From NCBI RefSeq assembly GCF_030028105.1, contig NC_092392.1, forward strand, positions 18,058,613 to 18,122,612: DNA of 64,000 bases. The letters run 5' to 3'. This DNA comes from Mobula birostris. Its lineage: Eukaryota. The position numbers were made by a program, and so were the translations under genes. The notes under the pieces are model-generated. The model was not told the DNA's origin, searched no databases, and saw only the letters and a list, made by a program, of their open reading frames with translations. This document shows, in pieces, positions 36,790 to 48,640 of this stretch (position 1 is the first letter of the stretch; each line of letters begins with the position of its first letter).

Positions 36790-37358
36790 TTATAAGACAC
36801 TGGTCAGGCCGCTTTCGAAGTATTGTCAACAGTTTTGGGCTCCATATCTCAGAAAGGATGTGTGTCATTGGAGAGAGTCCAGAGCAGGTTCAAGAGCATG
36901 ATTCCAGGAAATGAAGGGGTGAACATATGAGGAGCATTTGGCAGCTTTGGGACCATACTCACAGGACTTTGGAAGAATGCGTGGGGATCTCATTGAAACC
37001 TACCAAACTTTGAAAGGTCTAGATAGGGTGGATGTGGAGAGGATGTCTCCTATGGTGGGGGTATCCAGAGCTAGAGGCCACAGCCTCAGAACTGAGGGGC
37101 AACCTTTTAGAATGGAGGTAAGGAGGAATTGTTTTTGCCAGAGAATAGTGAATCTGTGGAATGCTCTGCCACAGACTGTGGTGTTGGCCAAGGCCATGGG
37201 TATACTCAAGATGGAAGTTGATTGTTTCCTGATCGGTCAGGACATCAAAGGATATGGTGAGAAAGCAGGTGCATGGGCTTGAGTGAGATCTGGGATCAGC
37301 CATGATGGAAAGGTGGATTAGACTAAATGGCCTAATTCTACTCATGTGTCTTATGGTC
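36790..37358 (+). mobile_element. CR1 3' fragment nested in the R4 element
   Basis: RMRGDLIETY...RGHSLR...VNLWNALP; tail tgtcttatggtct. Confidence 0.85.
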
Positions 37359-37659
37359 TAAATCCCGGGAACAACATCTGAGATCTCTGTCCAGAACAGC
37401 GTACTACTAAGAACAGCAAGGATACTGCACCAAACCCTCAAGCTCCCAGGTCTCTGGTAAAGAACCCCAGGTGGAAGGAAAAATACACATACACACACCC
37501 ATAAAGGGTGAGAATAAAAATATAAGATAATAAGACTTTGAACCCTCTCCAGTTTTGGCACATCCTTTCTAAAATAAGGGGCCTACCTGCTCACAATACT
37601 CCCAAGTGAGATATCACCAGTGCTTTATAAAGTTTCAACGTTACATCCTTGCACATATA

Positions 37660-39245
37660 GATATATATATATATATTAGACAGGGGGAAAAAAAAACCTG
37701 AGGTAGTTTTAACAACAGGAATTCTGCAGATGCTGGAAATTCAAGCAACACACATCAAAGTTGCTGGTGAATGCAGCAGGCCAGGCAGCATCTGTAGGAA
37801 GAGGTAGTGTTCATGGGTTCATTGTCCATTGAGAAATCTGATAGTGGGAAAGAAGCTCTTCCTGAAACATTGAGTATGTGTCTTCAGGCTCCTGTACCTT
37901 CTCCTTGATGGTAGCAATGAGAAGAGGGCATGTCCTGGGTGGCGGGGGTCCTTAATGATGGATGCTTCCTTTTTGAGGCATCACCTTTTGAAGGTGTCCT
38001 GGATGCTGGGGAGGCGAGTGCCTATGATGGAGCTGCCTGAGATTACAACTTTCTGCAGGTTTTACCAAATCTATGCAGTGGCCCTTCCAGACCAGATAGT
38101 GATGCAACTAGTAAGAAGGCTCTCCACTGTACATCTGTAGAAATTTGCAAGAATCTTTGGTGACATACCAATTCTCCTCAACTCCTAATGAAATATAGCC
38201 ACTGTTGTGCCTTCTTTGTAACCGCATCAATATGTTGGGCCCAGGACAGACCTTCAGAAGTATTGAAATCCAGGAACTTGAAACAGCTCACCTTTCCACT
38301 TCTAATCCCTTGATGAGAACTGGTGTGTGTTCCCTCGAATTCCCTTTTCTGAAGTCCTCCATCAACTCCTTGGTCTTACTGATGTTGAGTGCAAGGTTGC
38401 TGCTGCAACGCACTCAACCAACTATCCTGACCCTGTACACGTCCTCATCACCATCTCAAATTCTGCCACCAGTAGCTGTGTCATCGGCAAATTTATAGAC
38501 GGCATTTGAGCTCTGTCTAGCCACACAGTCATGGGTGTAGAGAGGAAAGCAATGGGTTACTCATGTATTCCTGAGGTGTGCCAGTGTTGATTATGGGAGA
38601 GGTGAAGATGTTATTTTTGATCTGCGCCAACTGTGATCTCACAGAGAGGAAGTTAAGGATCCAGTTGTAGAGGGAAGTACAAAGACTCAGGTTATGGAGC
38701 TTGTTGATTAGAGTATGATTGTGTTGAGTGCTGAACTGTAGTCAATAAACAACAGCCTGATGTAGGTATTACTATCGTCAAGGGGATCCAAGGCAGAGTG
38801 GAGAGCCAGTGAAATTGCATTCTCTGCGGACCTATTGAAGTGACAGGCAAATTGTAGCAAGTCCAACCCTTGCTTAGGCAGGAATTGATTCTGTTCATGA
38901 CCAACCTCTTAAAGCACTTCATCACAGTAGGTGTGAAGGCCACTGGATGATAGTCATTGACGATAGTCACTCTGCTCTTCTTGGGCACTGGTATGATTGT
39001 CGCTCTTTTGAAGCAGGTGAGAACGTCCAACTGTTGCAGTGAGAGATAAGAGCTGTCCTTGAAAACTCCTGCCAATTGGTTGGCACAGGTTTTCAGAGCC
39101 CTACCAGGTACACCATCAGGGCCTGATGCCCTGTGAGGAATCAGCCTCATGAAAGATGTACTGACTTTGGCCTCCGAGACTGAGGTCACAGGGTCACCAG
39201 ATGCTGCAGAGATTTACACAGGTGTAGTTTTATTCCCCGTTTCAA
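37660..39245 (-). mobile_element. Rex1/Babar LINE (RT region to 3' end) with a Penelope terminus inserted at about 37713-37800
   Basis: ASGPDGVPG...FKRATIIPVPKK...NDYHPVA...MKCF, and YKFADD on minus. Confidence 0.85.
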
Positions 39246-40171
39246 ATTGTTCATCTCAGCAAGCAGTCTAGCAATGCATAATTGCACTTATTCTATCTTC
39301 CTTAGAAATGGAGATGGGATCTGTGCACAGTATTCCAAGTGTGGTACCACCAGAGCTCCATAAGACTGTATGATAAAGATCAAACCAAAAATCCTGAGCT
39401 AGCAAGTTAACTTCCAGGGCTGTCTATGAGCGTAGGCAGATCCATCTGAATACTAATATCTTTCAACCACCCATATGAAAATCCATTTGTTTTCTATTTA
39501 TTTCTAACAAATCTAAAAATCACACAATACTACAGAATTCTATATATGATCTGCTTTGTCCTTACCACTCATTTAACCTGTCTATATCTCCCTGAAGCCC
39601 CTTTGCGACATCCTCACAGCTTTATATCAGTAACGAAGTTCACACAACGAAGAACAGGATTGCACAGCGTCCCTGCCACAAGGAGTAATACCAGCTTATT
39701 TTTAGTAAAGTTGTTCAGTAGCAAACAGCGCACTGCCATGCAAGTTGACACTACCACAGATCATTTGATAATAACTTAAGTAACTTGCTCTTGCAAATTA
39801 AATCAGGCAGCATTAACAGAAAGCTTTTCCACACAGAAAACCTACTCTGGTGGGACTTTGCAGACATTAAGACAAAGGAAGTACTTAGTGCAAATGCAGC
39901 ATACATCAAGTGAGCTACCAGTTACTGTAGCAGACTATGAAAGTAGGACAAATTTAATGGTAAAGGACTAACTCAGACTGGCTTGATAAAATGCTTAAAA
40001 CAATGATGCTTCAGTCAAACCATTAACAATATTGGAAAGAAATGGCAATCTGTTCAAGATCATCTCCACTGGCATAACAGTCACTGTGTGCACATTCATA
40101 TTAGAACAAATACAAAGCCATTCCAGTATCCACTGAGATCAATTCTATACACTCTAAAATGACAGGCTGAG

Positions 40172-40372
40172 AATAGACAAAGACAATAGATGCAGGAGTA
40201 GGCCATTCGGCCCCTCGAGCCAGCACCGCCATTCACTGTGATCATGGCTGATCATCCACAATCAGTACCCCGTTCCTGCCTTCTCCCCATATCCCCTCAC
40301 TCCACTATCTTTAAGAGCTCTATCTAACTCTTTCTTGAAAGCATCCAGAGAATTGGCCTCCACTGCCTTCTG
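40172..40372 (-). mobile_element. CR1 3' end
   Basis: QKAVEANSLDAFKKELD...GYGEKAG; tail on minus. Confidence 0.8.
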
Positions 40373-40742
40373 AGGACCTGAACGGGCTGAAGGTAGAAAA
40401 TGGCAAGAGTGGGCCACAGACACCATGGTTGCATCTGAGGAAAACGGAATCCTCAGCATGTGATCAGCCCACAATGTCACACTGAATAAATGATAGTCAA
40501 TGAAGGATACCCAGAATCCACTTCATTACACATGCACATGGAGTTACCAGCATCAAAATGGATCTCTTCTAAGCTCACATACAAATGAAAGGTTTCGGCA
40601 AAACCTAATGAATATTCTTTAATCAATGGTGGGAGAGATCCAAACTGATCCTGTTAACTCTATGTGCATGTCTTATGTAGTGGTTTCTGGGTATTTTTCA
40701 AAGTTCAAAGTAAATTTATTATACAGGAATATATATGTCAAA

Positions 40743-42119
40743 ATCAGAATCAGGTTTATTATCACCGGCATGTGACGTGAAATGTGTTAACTTAGCAGCA
40801 GCAGTTCAGTGCAATACATAATACAGAAGAAGAAAATAATAATAAATAAATAAATTACAGTATATGTTGAATAGATTAAAAATCTTGCAAAAACAGAAAT
40901 AATATATACTAAAAAAAGTGAGGTAGTGTTCATGGCTTCAATGTCCACTCAGGAATCGGACGGCAGAGGGGAGGAAGCTGTTCCCGAATCGCTGAGTGTG
41001 TGCCTTCAGGCTTCTGTATCTCCTACCTGATGGTAACAGTAAGAAAAGGCCATGCCCTGGGTGCTGGAGGTCCTTAATAATGGACGCTGCCTTTCTGAGA
41101 CACTGCTCCCTGAAGATATCCTGGGTACTTTGTAAGCTAATACCCAAGATGGAGCCAACTAAATTTACCATCCTGTGCAGCTTCTTTCAGTCCTGTGTAG
41201 TCTTCCCCCCCATACCAGATAGTAATGCAGCCTGTCAGAATGCTCTCCACGGTACATCTATAGAAGTTTTTGAGTGTATTTGTTGACATACCAAATCTCT
41301 TCAAACTCCTAGTAAAGTATAGACACTGTCTTGCCTTCTTTATAACCGCATCGATATGTTGGGACCAGGTTAGGTCCTCTTGAGATCTTGACATCCAGGA
41401 ACTTGAAAACGCTCCCTCTCTCCACTTCTGATCCCTCTATGAGGATTGGTATGCGTTCCTTCGTCTTACTCTTCCTTAAGTCCACAATCAGCTCTTTCAT
41501 CTTACTGACATTGAGTGCCAGGTTGTTGCTGCGACACCACTCCACTAGTTGGCATATCTCACTCCTGTACACCCTCTTGTCACCACTTGAGATTCTACCA
41601 ACAATGGTTGTATCATCAGCAAATTTATAGATGGTATTTGAGCTATGCCTAGCCACACAGTCATGGGTATATAGAGAGTAGAGCAGTGGGCTAAGCACAC
41701 ACCCCTGAGGTGCACCAGTGTTGATCATCAATGAGGAGGAGATGTTATCACCAATTCGCACAGATTGTGGTCTTCCGGTTAGGAAGCTGAGGATCCAATT
41801 GCAGAGGGAGCTACAGAGGCCCAGGTTCTGCAACTTCTCAATCAGGATTGTGGCAATGATGGTATTAAATGCTGAGCTATAGTCGATGAACAGCATCCTG
41901 ACATAGGTGTTTGTGTTGTCCAGGTGGTCTAAAGCCGTGTGGAGAGCCATTGAGATTGCATCTGCCGTTGACCTATTGTGGTGATAGGCAAATTGCAATG
42001 GGTCCAGGTCCTTGCTGAGGCAGGAGTTCATTCTAGTCATGACCAACCTCTCAAAGCATTTCATCACTGTAGATGTGAGTGCTACCGGGCGATAGTCATT
42101 AAGGCAGCTTAAGTCATTA
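40743..42119 (-). mobile_element. Younger Rex1/Babar LINE ((CTGATT)n tail) with a near-intact RT ORF
   Basis: The 252-aa ORF 41309-42067 has [31 protein letters not shown] and YKFADD. Confidence 0.92.
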
Positions 42120-42279
42120 AATCACCAGATACAACCCTGAGATACATTTTCTTGCTGGCATATTCAATAAATCCACAACAGCATAACACTATAACAGAAT
42201 CAATGAAAGAATGCACCAACTTGGGCATTCGATCGATGTGCAAAAGCCAACACATTCTGCAAATTCAAAAAGAAAGAAT

Positions 42280-42555
42280 TGTAGCAGTGTGCTACACACA
42301 GCACTAAAGTAACCACACATAGTCAGTGAGTTAGAGTTGCGATAAAAGAGATTTATTCAAACTTCGCGGTCTGCTTTAAGGCCTTCCCATTCCCACCCTC
42401 CTTGGGCGGGACTGCTGTGGGGAATGCATAATCGCAGACCCTCTCCACGCGTGGCATTTTCCCCCTGCTGGTGAAGATGGCCTAGCGCCCTTTTTGGGGC
42501 CGGCCTCTCTGCTGGCGCGCGCCGGTGCGTGTGTGCTAGAAAGTGGGTCGCCACA
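42280..42555 (-). mobile_element. Solo LTR (276 bp), CpG-rich
   Basis: TG...CA ends with short inverted termini (tgtagc / gccaca); 4-bp TSD GAAT at 42276-42279 and 42556-42559; AATAAA on minus at about 42352-42357. Confidence 0.82.
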
Positions 42556-42673
42556 GAATAATGGTAATAAATAAATAAATAAATAAATAGATATTGAGAA
42601 CATGAGACCAAGAGTCCTTGAAAGTGAGGCCATAGCTTGTGGGGACATTTCAATGATGGGGAAAGTGAAGTTA

Positions 42674-43205
42674 GAGTCATAGAGAAGTGCAGCACAGAAA
42701 AAGGCCCTTTGGCCCAGCTGAAACCATTTAAACAGCCTACGCCCATCAACCTGCACTGGGACCACAGCCCTCCATACCTCTGCCATCCATGTACCTATCA
42801 AAACTTCTCTTAAACATTGAGATCAAGCTCACATACACCACTTGTGCTGGCAGCTCGTTCCACATTCTCATGACCCTCAGAGTGAAGAAGTTTCCCCTCA
42901 TGTCCCCCTTTTATCTTTCACCCTTAACCCATGACCTCTGGTTGCAGTCCAACCCAACCCAAGTTGAAAGACCTGTTTGCATTTACCCTATCTATATCCC
43001 TCATAATTTTGTATACCTCTATCAAATCTCTCAATTTTCTAAGTTCTAAGGAATAAAGTCCTCACCTATTCAATCTTTCCTTATAACTCAGGTCCTCCAG
43101 ACCCAGCAACGTCCTTGTAAATTTTCTCCGTACTCCTTCAAACTTATTTCCTGTAAGCAGGTGACCAAAAGTCCACATAATACTCCAAATATGGCCTCAC
43201 CAACG
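42674..43205 (-). mobile_element. CR1 3' fragment
   Basis: ERSTEKIYK..AGS.GPEL-like frameshifted C-terminus; gctgcacttctctatgactct tail on minus. Confidence 0.8.
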
Positions 43206-43839
43206 TTAAATGAAGTTACCCATTTGGTTCAAGAGCCTGATGGCTGAGGGGTAATAACTGTTCCTGAACCCGGTGGTGTGAGTCCCGAGGCTCTCGTACG
43301 TTCTGCCTGATGGCAGCAGTGAGAAGAGAGCATGTCCTGCGTGGTGGGGGTCCCTGATGATAGATGCTGCTTTCCTGTTACAATGCTTCATGTAGATGTG
43401 TTCGATGGTGAGGGGGGCCTTACCTGTGATCAACTGGGCCATATCCATCTACTTTTTGTATGATTTTCTGTTCAAGAGCATTGGTGTTTCCTACCAGGCT
43501 GTAATTCAATACTCTCCATTACATATCTGTAGAAGTTTGACAAAGTTTTAGATGTCATGCTGGATCATCACAAACTCCTAAGGAAGTAGAGGCACCACCG
43601 TTCTTTCTTCGGAATAGCACATATATGCTGGCCCAGGGCAGGTCCTCCAAAATAATAATACCAACGAATTTAATGTTGCTGACCTCTCCACCTCCAATTC
43701 TCCAATGCTAACTGGCTCGTGGACATCTGGTTTCCTCCTCCTGAAGTCAACAATCAGCTTCTTGGTCTTGCTGATATTGAGTAGGAGATTGTTGTTAAGG
43801 CACCACTCAGCCAGATTTTCAATCTCCCTCCTATATGCT

Positions 43840-43934
43840 CACAACACGCTGGAGAAACTCAGCAGGTCAGGCAGCATCCGTGGAAACGATCAGTCAATGT
43901 TTCAGGCCGGAACCCTTCGTCAGGACCAATAGGA
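43840..43934 (-). mobile_element. 95-bp mini-Penelope with hammerhead-like core
   Basis: On minus, gtcCTGACGAagggttccggcctGAAACattgac. Perfect 13-bp TSD cctcctatatgct at 43827-43839 and 43935-43947. Confidence 0.82.
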
Positions 43935-44171
43935 CCTCCTATATGCTGATTCATCACCACCTTTGATTCGGCCTACTACAGTGGTGTCAGCAGCAAGCTT
44001 GAATATGGCATTGGAGCTGTGCTTAGCCGCACAGTCATAAGTGTAAAGCGATACAGCAGGGGTCTAAGCATACAGCTTTGTAGTGTTCCTGTGCGATGGG
44101 GATTGTGGAGAAGATGTTGTTGTCAATCCGAACTGACTGGGGTCTGCAAATGAGGAAATCAAGGATCCAAT

Positions 44172-44359
44172 CACAAACAAGAGAAAATCTGCAGATACTG
44201 GAAACCCGAGCAACACACACAAAATGCTGGAGGAAGTCAGCAGGCCAGGCAGCATCTAGGAAAAGAGTACTGTCGACGTTTCAGGCTGAAATGTTGACTG
44301 CACGCTTTTCCTAGATGCTGCCTGGCCTGCTGAGTTCCTCCAGCATTTTGTGTGTGTAG
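44172..44359. mobile_element. 188-bp palindromic mini-Penelope
   Basis: Near-perfect ~70-bp inverted arms centred at about 44284. Perfect 14-bp TSD atcaaggatccaat at 44158-44171 and 44360-44373. Confidence 0.88.
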
Positions 44360-45476
44360 ATCAAGGATCCAATTGCACTAGATGGTATTAAGACCAAGGT
44401 GCTGAAGCTTATTGATTAGTTTTGAGGGGATGATGGTATTGAAAGCAGAGCTGTAGTCGATGAAGAGCATCCAGATGCATGCACTTTTGCTGTCCAGATG
44501 TTCCAGTGAGTGGGGAGGCAATGAGATGGAATCTGCTGTGGGCCTCTTGTCCCAGTAGGTATACTGAAGTTGCTTCTAGGCAGGAGTTGATATGTTTCAT
44601 TATCAACCTTTCAAAGCACATCATTACCCTGGATGTAAGTGCTATTGGACAATAATCATTGAGGCAGGGTACCATGTTCTCCTTAGGCACCGGTATAAGT
44701 GAAGGTTGTCCCCTTGCCTCTTGAGTCTGATGTCGGCCTCCCAGACAAGATCACAGAGTCACCAGGTGCTATAGGTACGTTCGGTTTGAGATTTAGGCAC
44801 TTGGAGACAGAATCAAGAAATGTTGGCAGTTTTATCAGACAGATCCTTTACACTTGCAATAAAGCACAAGACACTGCCAACAATTTTAGCTCCTAAATCA
44901 GGGAAACACATTGTGGCAACATCAAAGGTATGAAAATAGCAATCTTTCTATTGTAGTTGGGCCTTTTTGTCAAGTGCAGAATGTTCTGTTGCTGCTACTG
45001 CATAGAAATTTTCACTTTGGCAGTAACAATATGATCTACATGTTAAATATTGTCAATAAAAACTCAGAAATTGTCTCTGAAATTGTGGCAAACACCAGAA
45101 GGACCCAATCTTATAAAGAATCCACAAAGCATCAGAATTGCATCAGTGTCTCGATCGGAAATCTTTTCCCAATCATTGCAGCGAGTTAGAATATGAACAG
45201 GGAAAGATCAAATAGTCACTCAGCAATAATATCAACTACTCTGACAGAAAAGTTTTTGGTTAAAACACAAGAGTTATCAGCATGAATGCAAGTGGAAGAA
45301 GCTTTATATACAGGCCCTGTTTAGTTGTTGATTAGACCATCAAAAAAAGCCTTTGCCTTCTTGAGAGCCAACTTTCACAGTGCAGACAAGCAGACTACAA
45401 TGAAAAAGGAAATGATTTTTTTCTGGTAATCATCAATAGCTGTTAGCAATTATTATGAACAGAATGGTATCAAACA

Positions 45477-46160
45477 TTAGATTAGATTATAAAATTAGAT
45501 TATGAGGACAGTCCTCATTTATTGTCATTTACAAATGCATGCATTAAAAAATGATATAATGTTCCTCCGGTATGATATCATAGAAACACAAGACAGACCA
45601 AGACTAAAACTGACAAAAACCACATAATTATAACATATAGTTACAACAGTGCAAAGCAATACCATAATTTGATGAGAGCAGACCATGGGCATGGTAAAAA
45701 AAAAAGTCTCAAAGTCCTGAAAGCCCCAACATCTCACGCAGACAGTAGAAGGGAGAAACTCTCCCTGCCATGAGCTTCCAGCGCCACAAACTTGCCGATG
45801 CAGCATCCTGGAAGCACCCAACCACAGTCCAACTCTGAGTTCATCTGAAAGCTTCGAGCCTCCGACCAGCCCTCCGACACCGAGCACTGAGCACCATCCT
45901 CTGCCGAGCGCTTCGACCCCAGCTCCGGCCGCCAAGCAACAGGCAAAGCCGAGGATTCGGGCCTTCCCTCCAGGGATTTCGGATCACACAGTAGCAGCGG
46001 CAGCAAAGCAGGCATTTCAGAAGTTTCACCAGATGTTCCTCCGTGCTCTCACGTCTGCCTCCATCAAATCAGAATTGTGCAAGGCCTCCTACTTGACAGA
46101 TTACAGATACTCATCACCGGAGAAGCTGTGCGCACTGCATTGCGCCGTCACCTTCTCCTC
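45477..46160 (-). mobile_element. ~670-bp non-coding retroposon, copy 3
   Basis: Full-length homolog of 18866-19541. Confidence 0.82.
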
Positions 46161-46189
46161 GTCCTGATTCATCCCTCATTCATCGACCT

Positions 46190-46580
46190 CCATTATGGAC
46201 ACTAGCCTCCCCACCATCGAGGACATCTTCGAAAGGAAATATCTCAAAAAAGGTGGCATCATTCCTAATGTGCAGGACATACCGTACCTCTTCTCATTAC
46301 TACCATCAGAAAAGAGGCACAGGAGGCTGAAGAAACACACTTATTGTATTAGGAACAGTTTCTTCACACCCCACCCCCACATTCAGATTTTTGAATGAAA
46401 AATGAACCCATATACACCACTTCACTATATTCCTTCTTTATTACTACTTATCAAATTTTTAATATATATTTCTTGTTGTAATTCAGAGTATATTTTATGC
46501 TTTGCACTGTATTGCTGCCACAAAACAACAATTTCGCAGCACAAGTCAAAATGTGATTCTGATTCTGATTCCAATTCTGA
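46190..46580 (+). mobile_element. Rex1/Babar 3' end
   Basis: TSLPTIEDIF...LFSLLPS.KR.R.L..HT; (gattct)n tail. Confidence 0.72.
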
Positions 46581-46682
46581 TATATTGCAGTTTCAAATAG
46601 AACAGCTGAGAGGTCAGTCAGAATAGTCAAGGAAACTCTTAAGGACTAAACATCGCAGGTATAGTAAAAACTCAACATGAAA

Positions 46683-46866
46683 ACAAATTACGGTATTGCT
46701 TTGCACTGTTGTAACTATATGTTATAATTATGTGCTTTTTGTCAGTTTTTTTAGTCTTGGTTTGTCTTGTGTTTCTGTGATATCACTCTGGAGGAACAAA
46801 TTGTATCATTTCTTAATGCATGCATTATTAAATGACAATGAAAGAGGACTGCGTGTCCTCATAATC
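46683..46866 (+). mobile_element. 3' fragment of the ~670-bp retroposon
   Basis: cttaatgcatgcatt...gaggactgcgtgtcctcataatct tail shared with the other copies. Confidence 0.8.
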
Positions 46867-47244
46867 TGAAAATTTGAGGGCTGGCTGATAAAGTAGGCAT
46901 TTCAGTGAGAAAGAACGTAGCTTCTAGCAGAACGAGCATAATCTTAGCCACACTGTTGCCCACTACACCTGGTAAGAAAGTCCAGAGTTTTCATGTACAT
47001 CAAAAGATCTGCTGGAAATTAACCAAATGTGGATGGTGAAGCACTCAGTCATTTCCAAGTTGGATTGAGTGCAGTCTTTAAATAGTCAAGTGGCATAGCA
47101 TGGAAGTCTGACAAAGAAAAAGAACTACCTTTGAGCTCCAATGCTTCAAAGTGCATTTAACATCAAGAGTGGTAAAAAATGAAAGAAGACACTTGACTTG
47201 TTTATTTCTGACAAGAGGTCTCAGATCTGAAACATTGACTGCTC

Positions 47245-47560
47245 AGAGTCATGTCCACTGGCATATGTCATGAAATTTGTTGCTTTACAGCAGCAATATA
47301 TTGCAATACATAATCATAAAATTCTATAAATTAAAATAATAATGTATGTATATGAAATAGTTAAGTAGTGGAAAAAGAGAGCAAAAAAGATAAAAAATAG
47401 TACGCTAGTGTTCATGAATTTATTGTCCATTCAGAAATCTGATGGCAGAGGGTAAGAAGGTGTTTCTGTAACGTTCCAGCCTGTTCTGGCTCCTGTACCC
47501 GGTAGCAATGAGAACAGGGCATGTTCTGGGTGATGCTGCCTTTCTGAAGTATCACCTTTT
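47245..47560 (-). mobile_element. Rex1/Babar 3' end
   Basis: HPEHALFSLLP; shared 3'UTR (atgtcatgaaatttgttg). Confidence 0.7.
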
Positions 47561-48640
47561 GAATGTGCTTCTCTCTCTGCACAGTGCTGTTGACGCACTG
47601 AGTATTCCTTGCATTTACTGATTGTATGCACTATTTAAGGACTTAGTTCTACCTCAGTATACGAGGATTCATTTCCTTCCCCCACCATGAGAAAGTCCAG
47701 TAAAATGATGAAAAGGTGTATTACGTAATAATTTTAGTAGAATTTCTCTCAGTAAAGGGTTCAATGGAAAACCCTGGCAGGGAGTAGTATGTCATTAAGA
47801 GTGTCTCCACATTTAATTATCCATATGCAGACTTCATTAGTTGATAACAGTTTCACAGGGTAATAAATGTCTTGGCTGTGCAATTATTTCAAATTCAAAA
47901 TTTCAGCCATTTAAACTACTGCTCACTTATTTCAGCAGAAGTAACTTTAAGAACTTGGCAGTTCTTTTAAGAGTTTGCCCTGCAAGCAGAAATCCTCTGT
48001 TGCTTTAATAAGCACAGGATTTATACTTCTGTGCAGTCATATCTAAACAGTGAAAATCTACTGCATATCTCTCCTGATGTCTATGTCCATGGACCTTAAT
48101 TTCTACGATACAGCAGTGACCACTCTTAAAACTACTTCTTGGAAAAGTATTGTGATGTCCTGAAATTATCATAAAAGGTACATCATCAATTCAAGCCTAG
48201 ATTCAAATACAGAAAGATTACTCACACTATTAAAGCTGGTTCTGATAGCTGAGCAATCTTATTGGAATAATCTTAATGTTTGTTTTAGCACTGCAATGAA
48301 GAAGCTGATGATTTAAAATCTCACTGGATCAAGGATGCAATTATTTCTTTGGACCGCTGGTAGACTCAGAGCCTTAATATATTTATCTAGCCTTACATTT
48401 AATCCTGCCAAAATATTTGAGAGCTAACAGAAGGACTTTTTAATCATTACTCCTTCCATATTCTCAAGATCAATAAATGTTCAAGCAGTGCAGGAGAAGC
48501 TTAGGGCCCTGGTTCGCCAATTCTTCACACAAATCCTGACCATCAGAAGGAACAAGCATTTAAACATTAACAATGAAACTACAAATACTGGTATTATTTA
48601 ATAAACCAGACAATATTTAGGGGTGTCCTCGGATGCTTCT

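Larger units (their letters stand above)
34895..37530 (+). mobile_element. R4-clade (Rex6/Dong-like) non-LTR retrotransposon with RT and restriction-like endonuclease, decayed and interrupted
   Basis: WIDYQKAYDS, GIYQGDALSPLLF, LYMDD, GC...Y.ERHN, ILWDF...PDIV.VD...IDV. The C-terminus IPGTTSEISVQ...LKLPGLW* resumes at about 37360 after a CR1 insert. Confidence 0.88.
40697..44700 (-). mobile_element. Rex1/Babar LINE ((TTTGAAC)n tail type) hosting five nested insertions
   Basis: Tail at 40697-40742 continues at about 42120-42279, 42560-42672 and 43206-44700 (DY.PIALTS..M.CFE, GHALFSLLPSG). Confidence 0.78.

Noticed and set aside
42666-43218. tgaagtta direct repeat as the TSD of the nested CR1
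   Set aside because: The host LINE 3' region may natively contain this short repeat, so it cannot be assigned as a TSD without a consensus.
45005-45060. Minus-strand IVTAKV, resembling NITAKG
   Set aside because: The surrounding sequence does not match and the frame closes within a few codons.
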